51,135 bases of DNA from Deltaproteobacteria bacterium. Its GTDB lineage: Bacteria > Desulfobacterota > JAJRXV01. Below are positions 36,623 through 44,738 of the stretch, one piece after another. Within the stretch, counting starts at the first letter, position 1. Every line of letters begins with the position of its first letter. The translations under genes were made by a program, and so were the position numbers. The notes below the pieces were generated by a model, which had not been told where the DNA came from, made no database searches, and worked only from the letters and a program-made list of their open reading frames with translations. The DNA lies in NCBI GenBank assembly GCA_024275075.1, contig JAJRZU010000066.1, forward strand, positions 1-51,135, written 5' to 3'.

Positions 36623-39412
36623 ATGGAGTCAAACGCGTCCAACGTCGCCTCAATAACAGTCATTTCAGAGTTCTATAGAGTGACGGAGACTTCAAAGGAT
36701 TATGACCCCAAGAACCTCACCGGCGCTTATTCTGACGGTGCGATTGTCCTTAATTGGGGCGCGCCGGCCGGCGTTACTTTAGCCGGATATAATGTATACA
36801 GGCGGGAAGGCGAAGGGAGCGCAATGTTCACGAAATTGACAAGCGACCCGATCGCTGCGACAACTTACAGCGATTCCGCTATTACTTCTGGCGGTGTATA
36901 CTACTATTCAGTGACGTCAGTCAGCGCAGACGGCAAAGAGGGACGGTACCCGTCTGAGATCAGAGTAGAGGCGGCAAACGTTGCGATAAGCTCGATCTCC
37001 ATCGATCCTTCAAGGGCAGTAAGATCCGGTGAAGAGGTAACGATCACTGCTTTGGGTACATCAGGTAATACCGGCGCTTTTTCAGTCGCCGGAGTAGTTA
37101 GCGGCGCGGGGCTTAGCGAGACCTCAGCAGGCGTATATTACGGTACGTTTACGGCAGGTGATTCTGTTGACAGCGCGTCAGTCACCGTCAGTCTTGGCGG
37201 TGTGACGCAGACGGCGGCATCGACGGTCACAATAGACAATGACGCTCCTTATAAGATCGTCGGCCTTGACATCAAGAATGACTGGGAAGCTGAGATAAAC
37301 ATCGACTGGCAACCTGCGACAGACTCTGATTTCAATCACTATAATGTATACAGGAGCACAGAAGATATAACTACGCTCGCGGGCGTAACGCCGGTCGCAG
37401 TGATCGACAGCGCGGACACATCAGATTACTGGGATCAAAGCGTGACACCGAACCTGGTATATTTCTACGCCGTCGCCGCAGTCGATAATGCCGGTAACGT
37501 TGGCGATATGTCAGACGTTGTCTCGGCAAGGGTGCTCGCGGACACATCATTACCGGTTGTCTATAGTATAAGTGACAATTCTGCCGGTGTAACATTAAGA
37601 GATGGTGACGTTTTAGAGGTATTAGTAGAGGGAGAATCAGACTGTGAAGCATCATTCAGCGTTGGTTCTGTTGTAGTGGATGTTGCATTGACGGAAGACA
37701 GCAGGGTCGGTAGCTATACCGGCAGCTATATTGTGCAGGCATCTGATATAGTAAATGATTTTATTGTTGTAAAGCTTGCTGACTCCTCTGGTAACGAGTC
37801 TACTTTTGCGAGTGAATATAAAGTAAATATCGACGGGGGCACACAGACCGATACAGCGCCGCCTGCAATTGACAGCATTTCTGAGAACTCATGGTCGATT
37901 GCCGGTTTCTCAGGTAAATTGGTTGCCGGCGATCTGCTGACCGTTGACCTCACAGGTGAGGCGGGCGGTACGGCGTATTTTGATATCACAGGAGTAGCCG
38001 AGAAAGTCAGAATGACAGAGAGCGCGGATGAGCCGGGTACATATACCGGTACATATACGATACAAGACGGTGATTATGCACAAGCTGCTTCAGTTACCGG
38101 TTCTTTGGCGGACGCGGCGGGTAATGTAACGTCATTGACAGCGTCAAGCACGTTTGATGTCGATACGACAATAAACATCGAAGTGACCCCGAGCCAGAGC
38201 GTAGTACCTGCTGACGAGAGTACAAGCGTCGATGTTGTGGCGAAAGCGACAGACCTGAACGGTGATGCCGTATCAGGCCATAATATCAAGTTCACGCTGA
38301 CAACTACAGATGAATACACAGGTATCGTCGGTTCGGGCAGATACACCGAATTTGATGATATCGTTGGCGGCAGTTTGCGCGTCGAGTGGCGTGGCGAGAC
38401 AGACGCATTTGGTGAGGTAAGCGTATCCTACAAGTCCGGTTTTGCGGCCAAGACAGCGATGATCCTCGCGAAAGACTTAAATTCCGGTGACATAGGGGTT
38501 GGTTATATTACATCATTTGTTTCAGCAAGCGTCGATATTACGTTGCTTCAGCAGATGTCATCAAGGCGTTTAAGGACGATAGGGCTTGGCGTATACATAT
38601 CAGTTACCGCTACGCCTGACAAATTGACGGCAGATGGTGAGAGCAAGTCAAGGATCAAAGCGAGAGTGACGGATGTTACCGGTCAACCGGTTTCAGGTGA
38701 GAGAATCGTGTTTAGTATATCAAGTGATAACGGTACATTGGTTGCCCTTGATTATACTACTGACAACAGGGGCCTTGCCGAAGCTGTTTACACCGCGGGT
38801 AAGAAGATCGGTACTGTGGTTGTCACAGCGCTGGATACGACAGCAGGTATAAGCGGCTCGACGATGATCGTCTTGATGAGTGACGCACCGGCTAATGTAT
38901 ACATCTCTGCATCACCGACGACACTGCCGGCTGACAGCAGAAGCAGAGCGACGATCGACATAAAAGTGAGTGATATTAATGATAACCCGAACCAGGGCGC
39001 CATTATCGAGTATGAGATAACAAAAGGCGGCGGTTCTCTGGACAGTAACTCTAACGATACAGACCGAAACGGTGAAGCGAAGAATGGGTACAGGGCGGGA
39101 GCTTCCGCCGGTACTGTTACGATCCAGGCGAAGGTAACTTCAAGGATACCATCGACACAAGAGGTCAGCAGAGCCAAAGGTACAGTATTTATCGGTAAGG
39201 TGTTCGATGACTTTGAAGATGGTGAAGTTACGAAGTGGTTAAAAGATGTTGGTGATGATATTGCGAAAGGTGAAGTTATCGCGAAGATCTCGACTGATAT
39301 GGGAGAGTTTGATGTAGTAGCAAGGCAGGCAGGAAAGCTCTACTCGATCAAGAAGTATGAAGATGATGACTTTACAATTGGTGAGACATTAGCTATTATT
39401 GAAGTAGAATAG
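36623..39412 (+). CDS. FN3 x2-3, Ig-like (Big_1/invasin-type) repeats and C-terminal lipoyl-like domain; continuation of 35561..36577
   Basis: Same frame as 35498/35561 (offset 1125), with no RBS. FN3 signatures are LAGYNVYRREG..GGVYYYSVTSVSADGKEG and FNHYNVYRST..LVYFYAVAAVDNAGNVG. Big_1-like units are TATPDKLTADGESKSRIKARVTDVTGQPVSGERIVFS and SASPTTLPADSRSRATIDIKVSD. Ends in TAG, then TAT, then TAA. Confidence 0.8.
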   Translation: MESNASNVASITVISEFYRVTETSKDYDPKNLTGAYSDGAIVLNWGAPAGVTLAGYNVYRREGEGSAMFTKLTSDPIAATTYSDSAITSGGVYYYSVTSVSADGKEGRYPSEIRVEAANVAISSISIDPSRAVRSGEEVTITALGTSGNTGAFSVAGVVSGAGLSETSAGVYYGTFTAGDSVDSASVTVSLGGVTQTAASTVTIDNDAPYKIVGLDIKNDWEAEINIDWQPATDSDFNHYNVYRSTEDITTLAGVTPVAVIDSADTSDYWDQSVTPNLVYFYAVAAVDNAGNVGDMSDVVSARVLADTSLPVVYSISDNSAGVTLRDGDVLEVLVEGESDCEASFSVGSVVVDVALTEDSRVGSYTGSYIVQASDIVNDFIVVKLADSSGNESTFASEYKVNIDGGTQTDTAPPAIDSISENSWSIAGFSGKLVAGDLLTVDLTGEAGGTAYFDITGVAEKVRMTESADEPGTYTGTYTIQDGDYAQAASVTGSLADAAGNVTSLTASSTFDVDTTINIEVTPSQSVVPADESTSVDVVAKATDLNGDAVSGHNIKFTLTTTDEYTGIVGSGRYTEFDDIVGGSLRVEWRGETDAFGEVSVSYKSGFAAKTAMILAKDLNSGDIGVGYITSFVSASVDITLLQQMSSRRLRTIGLGVYISVTATPDKLTADGESKSRIKARVTDVTGQPVSGERIVFSISSDNGTLVALDYTTDNRGLAEAVYTAGKKIGTVVVTALDTTAGISGSTMIVLMSDAPANVYISASPTTLPADSRSRATIDIKVSDINDNPNQGAIIEYEITKGGGSLDSNSNDTDRNGEAKNGYRAGASAGTVTIQAKVTSRIPSTQEVSRAKGTVFIGKVFDDFEDGEVTKWLKDVGDDIAKGEVIAKISTDMGEFDVVARQAGKLYSIKKYEDDDFTIGETLAIIEVE

Positions 39413-39460
39413 TATTAAGACTTAGTTATATTATAGCTTTGAAAAGAAAGGAGGGTCACA

Positions 39461-39523
39461 ATGAAAAAAGTTAAGTACATGAAGCCGAAGGTTGTTGGAA
39501 GTAGCAGCGTTCATCCGTGCTAA
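39461..39523 (+). CDS. candidate 20-aa small protein MKKVKYMKPKVVGSSSVHPC
   Basis: Strong SD aaaggaggg lies 5 nt before ATG 39461. Stop is TAA and a terminator-like hairpin follows about 30 nt downstream. It is below the size cut-off of the ORF track and no homology is known to me. Confidence 0.35.
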   Translation: MKKVKYMKPKVVGSSSVHPC

Positions 39524-39554
39524 TTGGCAAACTAAAGGAAATATGATAAAAAAA

Positions 39555-39596
39555 GCCGGTTCCTGGTTACCTAACCAGGTAAATCGGTTTTTTTTG
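39555..39596 (+). terminator. rho-independent terminator-like hairpin
   Basis: cctggt (39562-39567) pairs with accagg (39574-39579), extended by ccg/cgg, followed by a T8 run (39588-39595). Confidence 0.6.
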
Positions 39597-39623
39597 TCTA
39601 TTTTACGCGCAGGCGGGAAATAT

Positions 39624-41414
39624 ATGAAAATAGATATACATAACAGAGTTATACGTGCGTTTTGTTTGTTGATTGCCGCTGTTATATTTAGTGGTAATGC
39701 ATTTTGTGCAGAGCAGACAGACGCTCTAATATTATTGAATGATAATATTACTATAAACGAGGCGAAAGCGCTATTTTATAAGAATAATATCCACGCGAAT
39801 CTTTTTATGATACCAGGCTCTGTTTATGTGAATGGAGAGAGGCAGAGCATCTTAAGCCTGAAGGGGGATGCTATAGTAAAGGACGTCTTTTTGTCAGGCG
39901 CACAAGCTGGTGCTGGAACGGAATCATTCACAAAGAATCAGTGCCAGGCGGTCAATTTTTTCCAATATAACGAGAATCTGAAAGCAAGGGCGGAATATTC
40001 AGGTGGGGAGGAAAAGATGGAGATCACTCACGCGCCGCCAAGAGATCTCTTTGTTCACAGCAAAAGAGAGAGTACATTAAACAGCATTGCCGCAACCTCT
40101 TTTACAAAACCCGCCGATTTCTATTTTACATCAGAGTATTTAATAGGTGACGTTTCAGTCGCGATAGTCATCCCAGAGAGCGATGGCAGCGAGATGGACT
40201 CGACAGAGGATTGGGACGAGGCGAGGATAGAAGAGGTGGTCAATGAGATACAGGCGTCTTTGATATGGTGGAGCAACCGGATACCTGGTCAGAAGCTATC
40301 GTTTTATGTTTTCAAGTACCCGCAAGTCACCACAAAATATGAGATAATAAACATGACGGCGGGCGAGGCGTTCTCTGACGAATCGCTCTGGGTGGATGAT
40401 ATTATGGTCAATCTGGGCTATAGCGATGATCTTTATCCGCCTGAAGAATATGATTATATGGATAAAGTCTATGCATTTAACAATGACTTACGGAACGGCG
40501 TCGAGGACGAAGAGGTAATAACTGACTGGGCAATAACATTCTTTGTCATAGACAGTTTTAACGATGATGACGGTAAGTTCGCCAATGATTTCTTTGCTCT
40601 CACCTATTTGGGCGGGCCATACACAATTTTAACGTATGATAATGAGAACTATGGCATAGAGAAGATGAGGGAGGTCGCTCTGCACGAGATGGCGCACCAG
40701 TTTTATGCGTTAGATGAATATTATATCGCTTATGAGCCGTGCACCTCACGCTCTGGTTATCTCGCGGTGGAGAACCAGAACAGCGAGTTTAGCGAATCGT
40801 CTTCCTGCGTCTCTGATGAGGTCTGCGTTATGAGAGATTTAGGCCGCTCCACATTCCCTTATGATACCGGTAAGCTTTGCGATTATACGAGGGGGCAGTT
40901 AGGGCTGGACGACATGGATGAGGATGGTGTGCTTGACCCTGTAGGTGCGGATCCGGTAATCCTCCTTGACCCTTATGAGGAGGGGACGATGATGTTTGCC
41001 GGCAGCGTTTCCGTCAAGACATACCCGAACTCAAACCCGCTCATGTACCCGAATAGTGTGGACCGGCTGGATATAACGGTAAGTAAGATAGTGACGCTTC
41101 AATATAGGTTAGGTGAAGAGGGCTGGGTAGACATTGAACCAGATGACGGCGAGTTGTGGGGGCGTACGGAGCGGTTCGCTTTTATACCGGTGCCGATCCA
41201 GACCGGTTATTTTACGTTGGAGATAAAGGCGGTGGATTCTATGGGTAATGAGACAAAGGTGGTGGCGGCGACGAACCTGTATATAGAGTCGACAGCAGGC
41301 AATTCTGTTGTATCTCTGTGTTTTATTGCCAGTGCCTCTTATGATAATGATACAAGTCAGAACATTGTCTTAGAAGCGCTTGATTATTTTACGAAAAGCA
41401 TAAGAGGTTTATAA
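39624..41414 (+). CDS. secreted HExxH zinc metalloprotease-like protein with C-terminal C-F-I-A box
   Basis: Favoured start is ATG 39624 (MKIDIHNRVIRAFCLLIAAVIFSGNAFCA). The ORF is open from 39492, but that extension overlaps the small ORF and terminator. Motif VALHEMAHQFYALDEY. The tail is ..SLCFIASASYDNDTSQNIVLEALDYFTKSIRGL. Confidence 0.7.
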   Translation: MKIDIHNRVIRAFCLLIAAVIFSGNAFCAEQTDALILLNDNITINEAKALFYKNNIHANLFMIPGSVYVNGERQSILSLKGDAIVKDVFLSGAQAGAGTESFTKNQCQAVNFFQYNENLKARAEYSGGEEKMEITHAPPRDLFVHSKRESTLNSIAATSFTKPADFYFTSEYLIGDVSVAIVIPESDGSEMDSTEDWDEARIEEVVNEIQASLIWWSNRIPGQKLSFYVFKYPQVTTKYEIINMTAGEAFSDESLWVDDIMVNLGYSDDLYPPEEYDYMDKVYAFNNDLRNGVEDEEVITDWAITFFVIDSFNDDDGKFANDFFALTYLGGPYTILTYDNENYGIEKMREVALHEMAHQFYALDEYYIAYEPCTSRSGYLAVENQNSEFSESSSCVSDEVCVMRDLGRSTFPYDTGKLCDYTRGQLGLDDMDEDGVLDPVGADPVILLDPYEEGTMMFAGSVSVKTYPNSNPLMYPNSVDRLDITVSKIVTLQYRLGEEGWVDIEPDDGELWGRTERFAFIPVPIQTGYFTLEIKAVDSMGNETKVVAATNLYIESTAGNSVVSLCFIASASYDNDTSQNIVLEALDYFTKSIRGL

Positions 41415-41469
41415 TGAATCCATGAAGCGATTAAGAATATTAAAGTTTTTTAATTTTATAAAAAAAACA

Positions 41470-41498
41470 TTGACAAATTGCGTTAAAGTATGTATTTT
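41470..41498 (+). promoter_or_regulatory. sigma70 promoter closely resembling the one at 8386
   Basis: aaaaaaaaca-TTGACA (41470-41475), 17 nt, TATTTT (41493-41498), preceded by TG. Confidence 0.55.
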
Positions 41499-41572
41499 AC
41501 GAACAATATGGTGAAAAACCATGTTAGGGGGTTTTTTATAAGAAGCGTGTTCAGACAACCTAAAAGGAGATA

Positions 41573-44500
41573 ATGTATATGAAGGTAAAGTCATTTGCTG
41601 TTCTTTTCACTGCTTTAAGTATACTTCTTTTTGGCCTTTCTAATAATTCTTATGCAGACAAAGAATGGAATTTAATTTCAGAAGGTGCGTATTTCGGTTT
41701 TGGCGGGGCTGTCGATCCGCTTACCCAATTGCCTGCCGTGGTTACAGATTTCAATTCAGATGGTATCGATGATGTGGCATTGGGGTTTGGTGCTGGTGCT
41801 GCCGCGGGTGCCCAGTTAGCGGACGAAAAAGTGTACATTGTCTTGGGTAATGAAGAGGCGAAGAACTTTGTAGATGAACCGGTGTTGGTGATTACCGGTA
41901 ATGAAAACAGTGCCTTTGGAACTGTTGTCAAGAATATCGGAGATATTGATAATGATGGTGGGGACGACCTCTTGGTGGGTGCGCCTGGTGAGGGGGCAGT
42001 ATATATCTTACTTAATTCGCTTATCCATGCCCAGATCATAGAAGATGGCGAGATCAATATCCAAAATGGCGATACGGTCAGCTTAAAGATAATGGGGCCT
42101 TCTCCCAGCTTGTTTGGTGTAGCGGCTGACATAGCTGGTGATGTAAATGGTGACGGGATTAATGACCTCTTGATCTCTGAGATGGGGGATTCTGGCAAGG
42201 TTCATTTCATCTTAGGGAATGTTATAAGAGACAGTATTAACAGTGCATCTCACATATTGAATCTATCAGGAGCTGATTCTGCCAGCGCAGTCTTTGAAGG
42301 ACCGCTAATCGGGGAATTCGGCTTTGCTGTAGGCAGCGCCGGGGATATAAATGGTGATGATTACGACGACATAATAATAACCGCGCCTTCAGTGGGGGCC
42401 ACGCCAGGTGGTGGTGCGGCCTATATCTATCTTGGTGATTCTATAATCGATACTGAAGTTGATATGATTATTAACAGTATTCCTTACAGAGATTCATCAA
42501 CAAATGAGTATGTGAATTCTTCTTTTGGTTATACATTCGCTTCTGGTTTTGACATAAATGGTGATGGGAAGGACGATTTATTGATCGGCGCGCCTAATTC
42601 GGGTACCGTCAAAGACTCTGGTACCGCGTATTTATATTTTGGCAGCGCAATCATGTCGCAGATGCAGGAAAGGTCGGTCTATAACCACGAGGAGAAAGAT
42701 TACATAGAGTTCTTCGGGGAAGCGGAAGGCGATAATTTTGGCAGAGTAGTAGGTGCGATAAATGCTAATGGTGATAATTATGACGATATAATAATAACAG
42801 CTCCCTTAGGTAAGGATGAGGGGACAGGGCGGGTTTATTATTTGGCCGGTAATGAGACTGAGAAGCTGACAAATACATTTGATACAATAATGATAGGTTC
42901 GTTCAGCCCAAGTGGCGCGGATATGATCGGTGAAGGTTTAGGCTTTTCTATCGCTGTCGGAAAGAACACGTCTGAGGCTGGTACAGAGGATTTGTATTTG
43001 TTCAGTTCGGATACAAAAAGGAAGATCAAGCTTTGCGCAATTGTCAATACTCCTTCGAATGTCCTTGATAGTAACGTAATCGCCGAAAAAAATTATGTTT
43101 TAACGGCTGAGGATAGTCCGTATATTGTGCGTGATGATTTAAACATCCCCAAGGGAGAGACGCTGACGATTACTACTGGAGTGACCTTAAAGTTTAATAC
43201 TATTAAATTCTCAAGCGGTGGTTATTCTGATGATTTATTAGAGCTGAACGTTTTAGGGGCGCTTATTGCTGAAGGGACGCCAGGGCTTGGGCACAACAAT
43301 GAGGATATTGTTTTCACGATGAACACTGCAAGCCCCACAAAAGGTGGTTGGCTGGGAATAAATATTGATGATGGCGGCACCGCCATCATCAAAAATTGTA
43401 GCATCGGTTATGGCGTTAACGGTGTATTGGTTGACAGGTCTGAATTAACCTTTGAAAACAATTCAGTATTTAGAAATGGTGGTACTCTTAAGTTGCCGGA
43501 GGATTGTTTGGCGAGCGATTTTGTTTGTGCTTCACCAGCTGGCTATGGCGTTTTTGTAAAGAGCGGGCATTTATATTCTTTTGAAAACAATTTACTATAT
43601 AATAATGATGCAGATGGCCTTAGCATTGTTACGCCTGATGCCCCTGCGGAAGACCCTAAAAACATTTTGAGCCAGATAATAGGGAACGAGTTTATCACTA
43701 ATGGTAGAAATGCGTTAAGCACTGATGATAAAGAATTAAACATTAGTTTCATCTCTGATAATATTATGCTCTTTAATGGTGCCAGTGGCATAGATGGCTT
43801 CTCTGATACACAGATATCAAACAACTTCATCTCATCAAATTATGGCAGTGGCATCGGTAGTGTTTCACGAAGCACTGTATCAAATAATTTCATTGAGTTT
43901 AACGCAGTGGGCATTGTAGCGAAGGACTCAACAACTATTGAAAATAATGTTGTTGTCAGTAATGAAGTCGGAGTATCGCTGGATTCATCGAAGCTGACAA
44001 ATAATCTGATCGGGGTTAAAGAGAATGGTGAACCGGCGCCAAATGGTACTGGTGTTGTTGCCAGCTCTCTTGTTGAAATATACCAAAACCTGATCCAGTA
44101 CAATGACTTAAATGGCTTGGAGCTGATGAAAAATTCTGCTGGCTCTGAGGCAAGCGCTGTTGTCTGGCAGAATCAAATCTCTGATAATGGCAGAAATGGT
44201 ATCGTGCTTTTTGACGCAAGTCCAAAGATTATCGGTAATGACATTTATGGTAATGGGACGAGTGGAGGTTACAGGGAAGCTAATGGTATTAAAAGCGACA
44301 ATTCCTCCAGGCCGTTGATTTCGCAGAACAACTTCAGAAAGGTTGTGCAAAACAGCCCTGTTGACAATGCTGATATGGCGTTAAGGCTTTTTCATAATGC
44401 ACCAAGTTATGAAAATGAGTTCTTTACGATTAGCCCAAGTGGAAATTGGTGGGGAACTGTTGTTAAAGATGATATCGAAAAAATAATATGGGATATCAAT

Positions 44501-44728
44501 GATGATGACATATCTATTTTAGGGGAGGTGGGGATCACTTCTCAAGCAAATGGTGAGATAGAAAAATCGACTGTTGCAAAGCCGTCTACAACGGCTCAAA
44601 CCGTGCCATCAATATTCTCATGTTTTATCGCCACTTCATCTTATTATGAGCCAAAAAAAGAAGGAATTGAAAATGACAAGAATTTTTTAAATAGAGTTAT
44701 TGAAATTATGAATATTTTAACTTTTTAA
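41573..44728 (+). CDS. secreted FG-GAP (integrin-alpha-like) repeat plus right-handed beta-helix protein with C-terminal C-F-I-A box
   Basis: Signal is FAVLFTALSILLFGLSNNSYA. FG-GAP units include FGTVVKNIGDIDNDGGDDLLVGAP, FGVAADIAGDVNGDGINDLLIS, FGFAVGSAGDINGDDYDDIIITAP and FGYTFASGFDINGDGKDDLLIGAP. The C-terminal half has N-N-x-[IV]-x-x-N-x-x-x-G-[IV] beta-helix repeats. The tail is ..SIFSCFIATSSYYEPKKEG.. Confidence 0.8.
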   Translation: MYMKVKSFAVLFTALSILLFGLSNNSYADKEWNLISEGAYFGFGGAVDPLTQLPAVVTDFNSDGIDDVALGFGAGAAAGAQLADEKVYIVLGNEEAKNFVDEPVLVITGNENSAFGTVVKNIGDIDNDGGDDLLVGAPGEGAVYILLNSLIHAQIIEDGEINIQNGDTVSLKIMGPSPSLFGVAADIAGDVNGDGINDLLISEMGDSGKVHFILGNVIRDSINSASHILNLSGADSASAVFEGPLIGEFGFAVGSAGDINGDDYDDIIITAPSVGATPGGGAAYIYLGDSIIDTEVDMIINSIPYRDSSTNEYVNSSFGYTFASGFDINGDGKDDLLIGAPNSGTVKDSGTAYLYFGSAIMSQMQERSVYNHEEKDYIEFFGEAEGDNFGRVVGAINANGDNYDDIIITAPLGKDEGTGRVYYLAGNETEKLTNTFDTIMIGSFSPSGADMIGEGLGFSIAVGKNTSEAGTEDLYLFSSDTKRKIKLCAIVNTPSNVLDSNVIAEKNYVLTAEDSPYIVRDDLNIPKGETLTITTGVTLKFNTIKFSSGGYSDDLLELNVLGALIAEGTPGLGHNNEDIVFTMNTASPTKGGWLGINIDDGGTAIIKNCSIGYGVNGVLVDRSELTFENNSVFRNGGTLKLPEDCLASDFVCASPAGYGVFVKSGHLYSFENNLLYNNDADGLSIVTPDAPAEDPKNILSQIIGNEFITNGRNALSTDDKELNISFISDNIMLFNGASGIDGFSDTQISNNFISSNYGSGIGSVSRSTVSNNFIEFNAVGIVAKDSTTIENNVVVSNEVGVSLDSSKLTNNLIGVKENGEPAPNGTGVVASSLVEIYQNLIQYNDLNGLELMKNSAGSEASAVVWQNQISDNGRNGIVLFDASPKIIGNDIYGNGTSGGYREANGIKSDNSSRPLISQNNFRKVVQNSPVDNADMALRLFHNAPSYENEFFTISPSGNWWGTVVKDDIEKIIWDINDDDISILGEVGITSQANGEIEKSTVAKPSTTAQTVPSIFSCFIATSSYYEPKKEGIENDKNFLNRVIEIMNILTF

Positions 44729-44738
44729 GGGGGAGAAC

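Noticed and set aside
39492-39623. N-terminal 44-codon extension of the metalloprotease ORF (TTG 39492 or ATG 39543 starts)
   Set aside because: The extension overlaps the small SD-led ORF in another frame and reads through a terminator-like hairpin with a T8 run. The signal-peptide-like sequence begins only at ATG 39624. The ATG 39543 start cannot be fully excluded.
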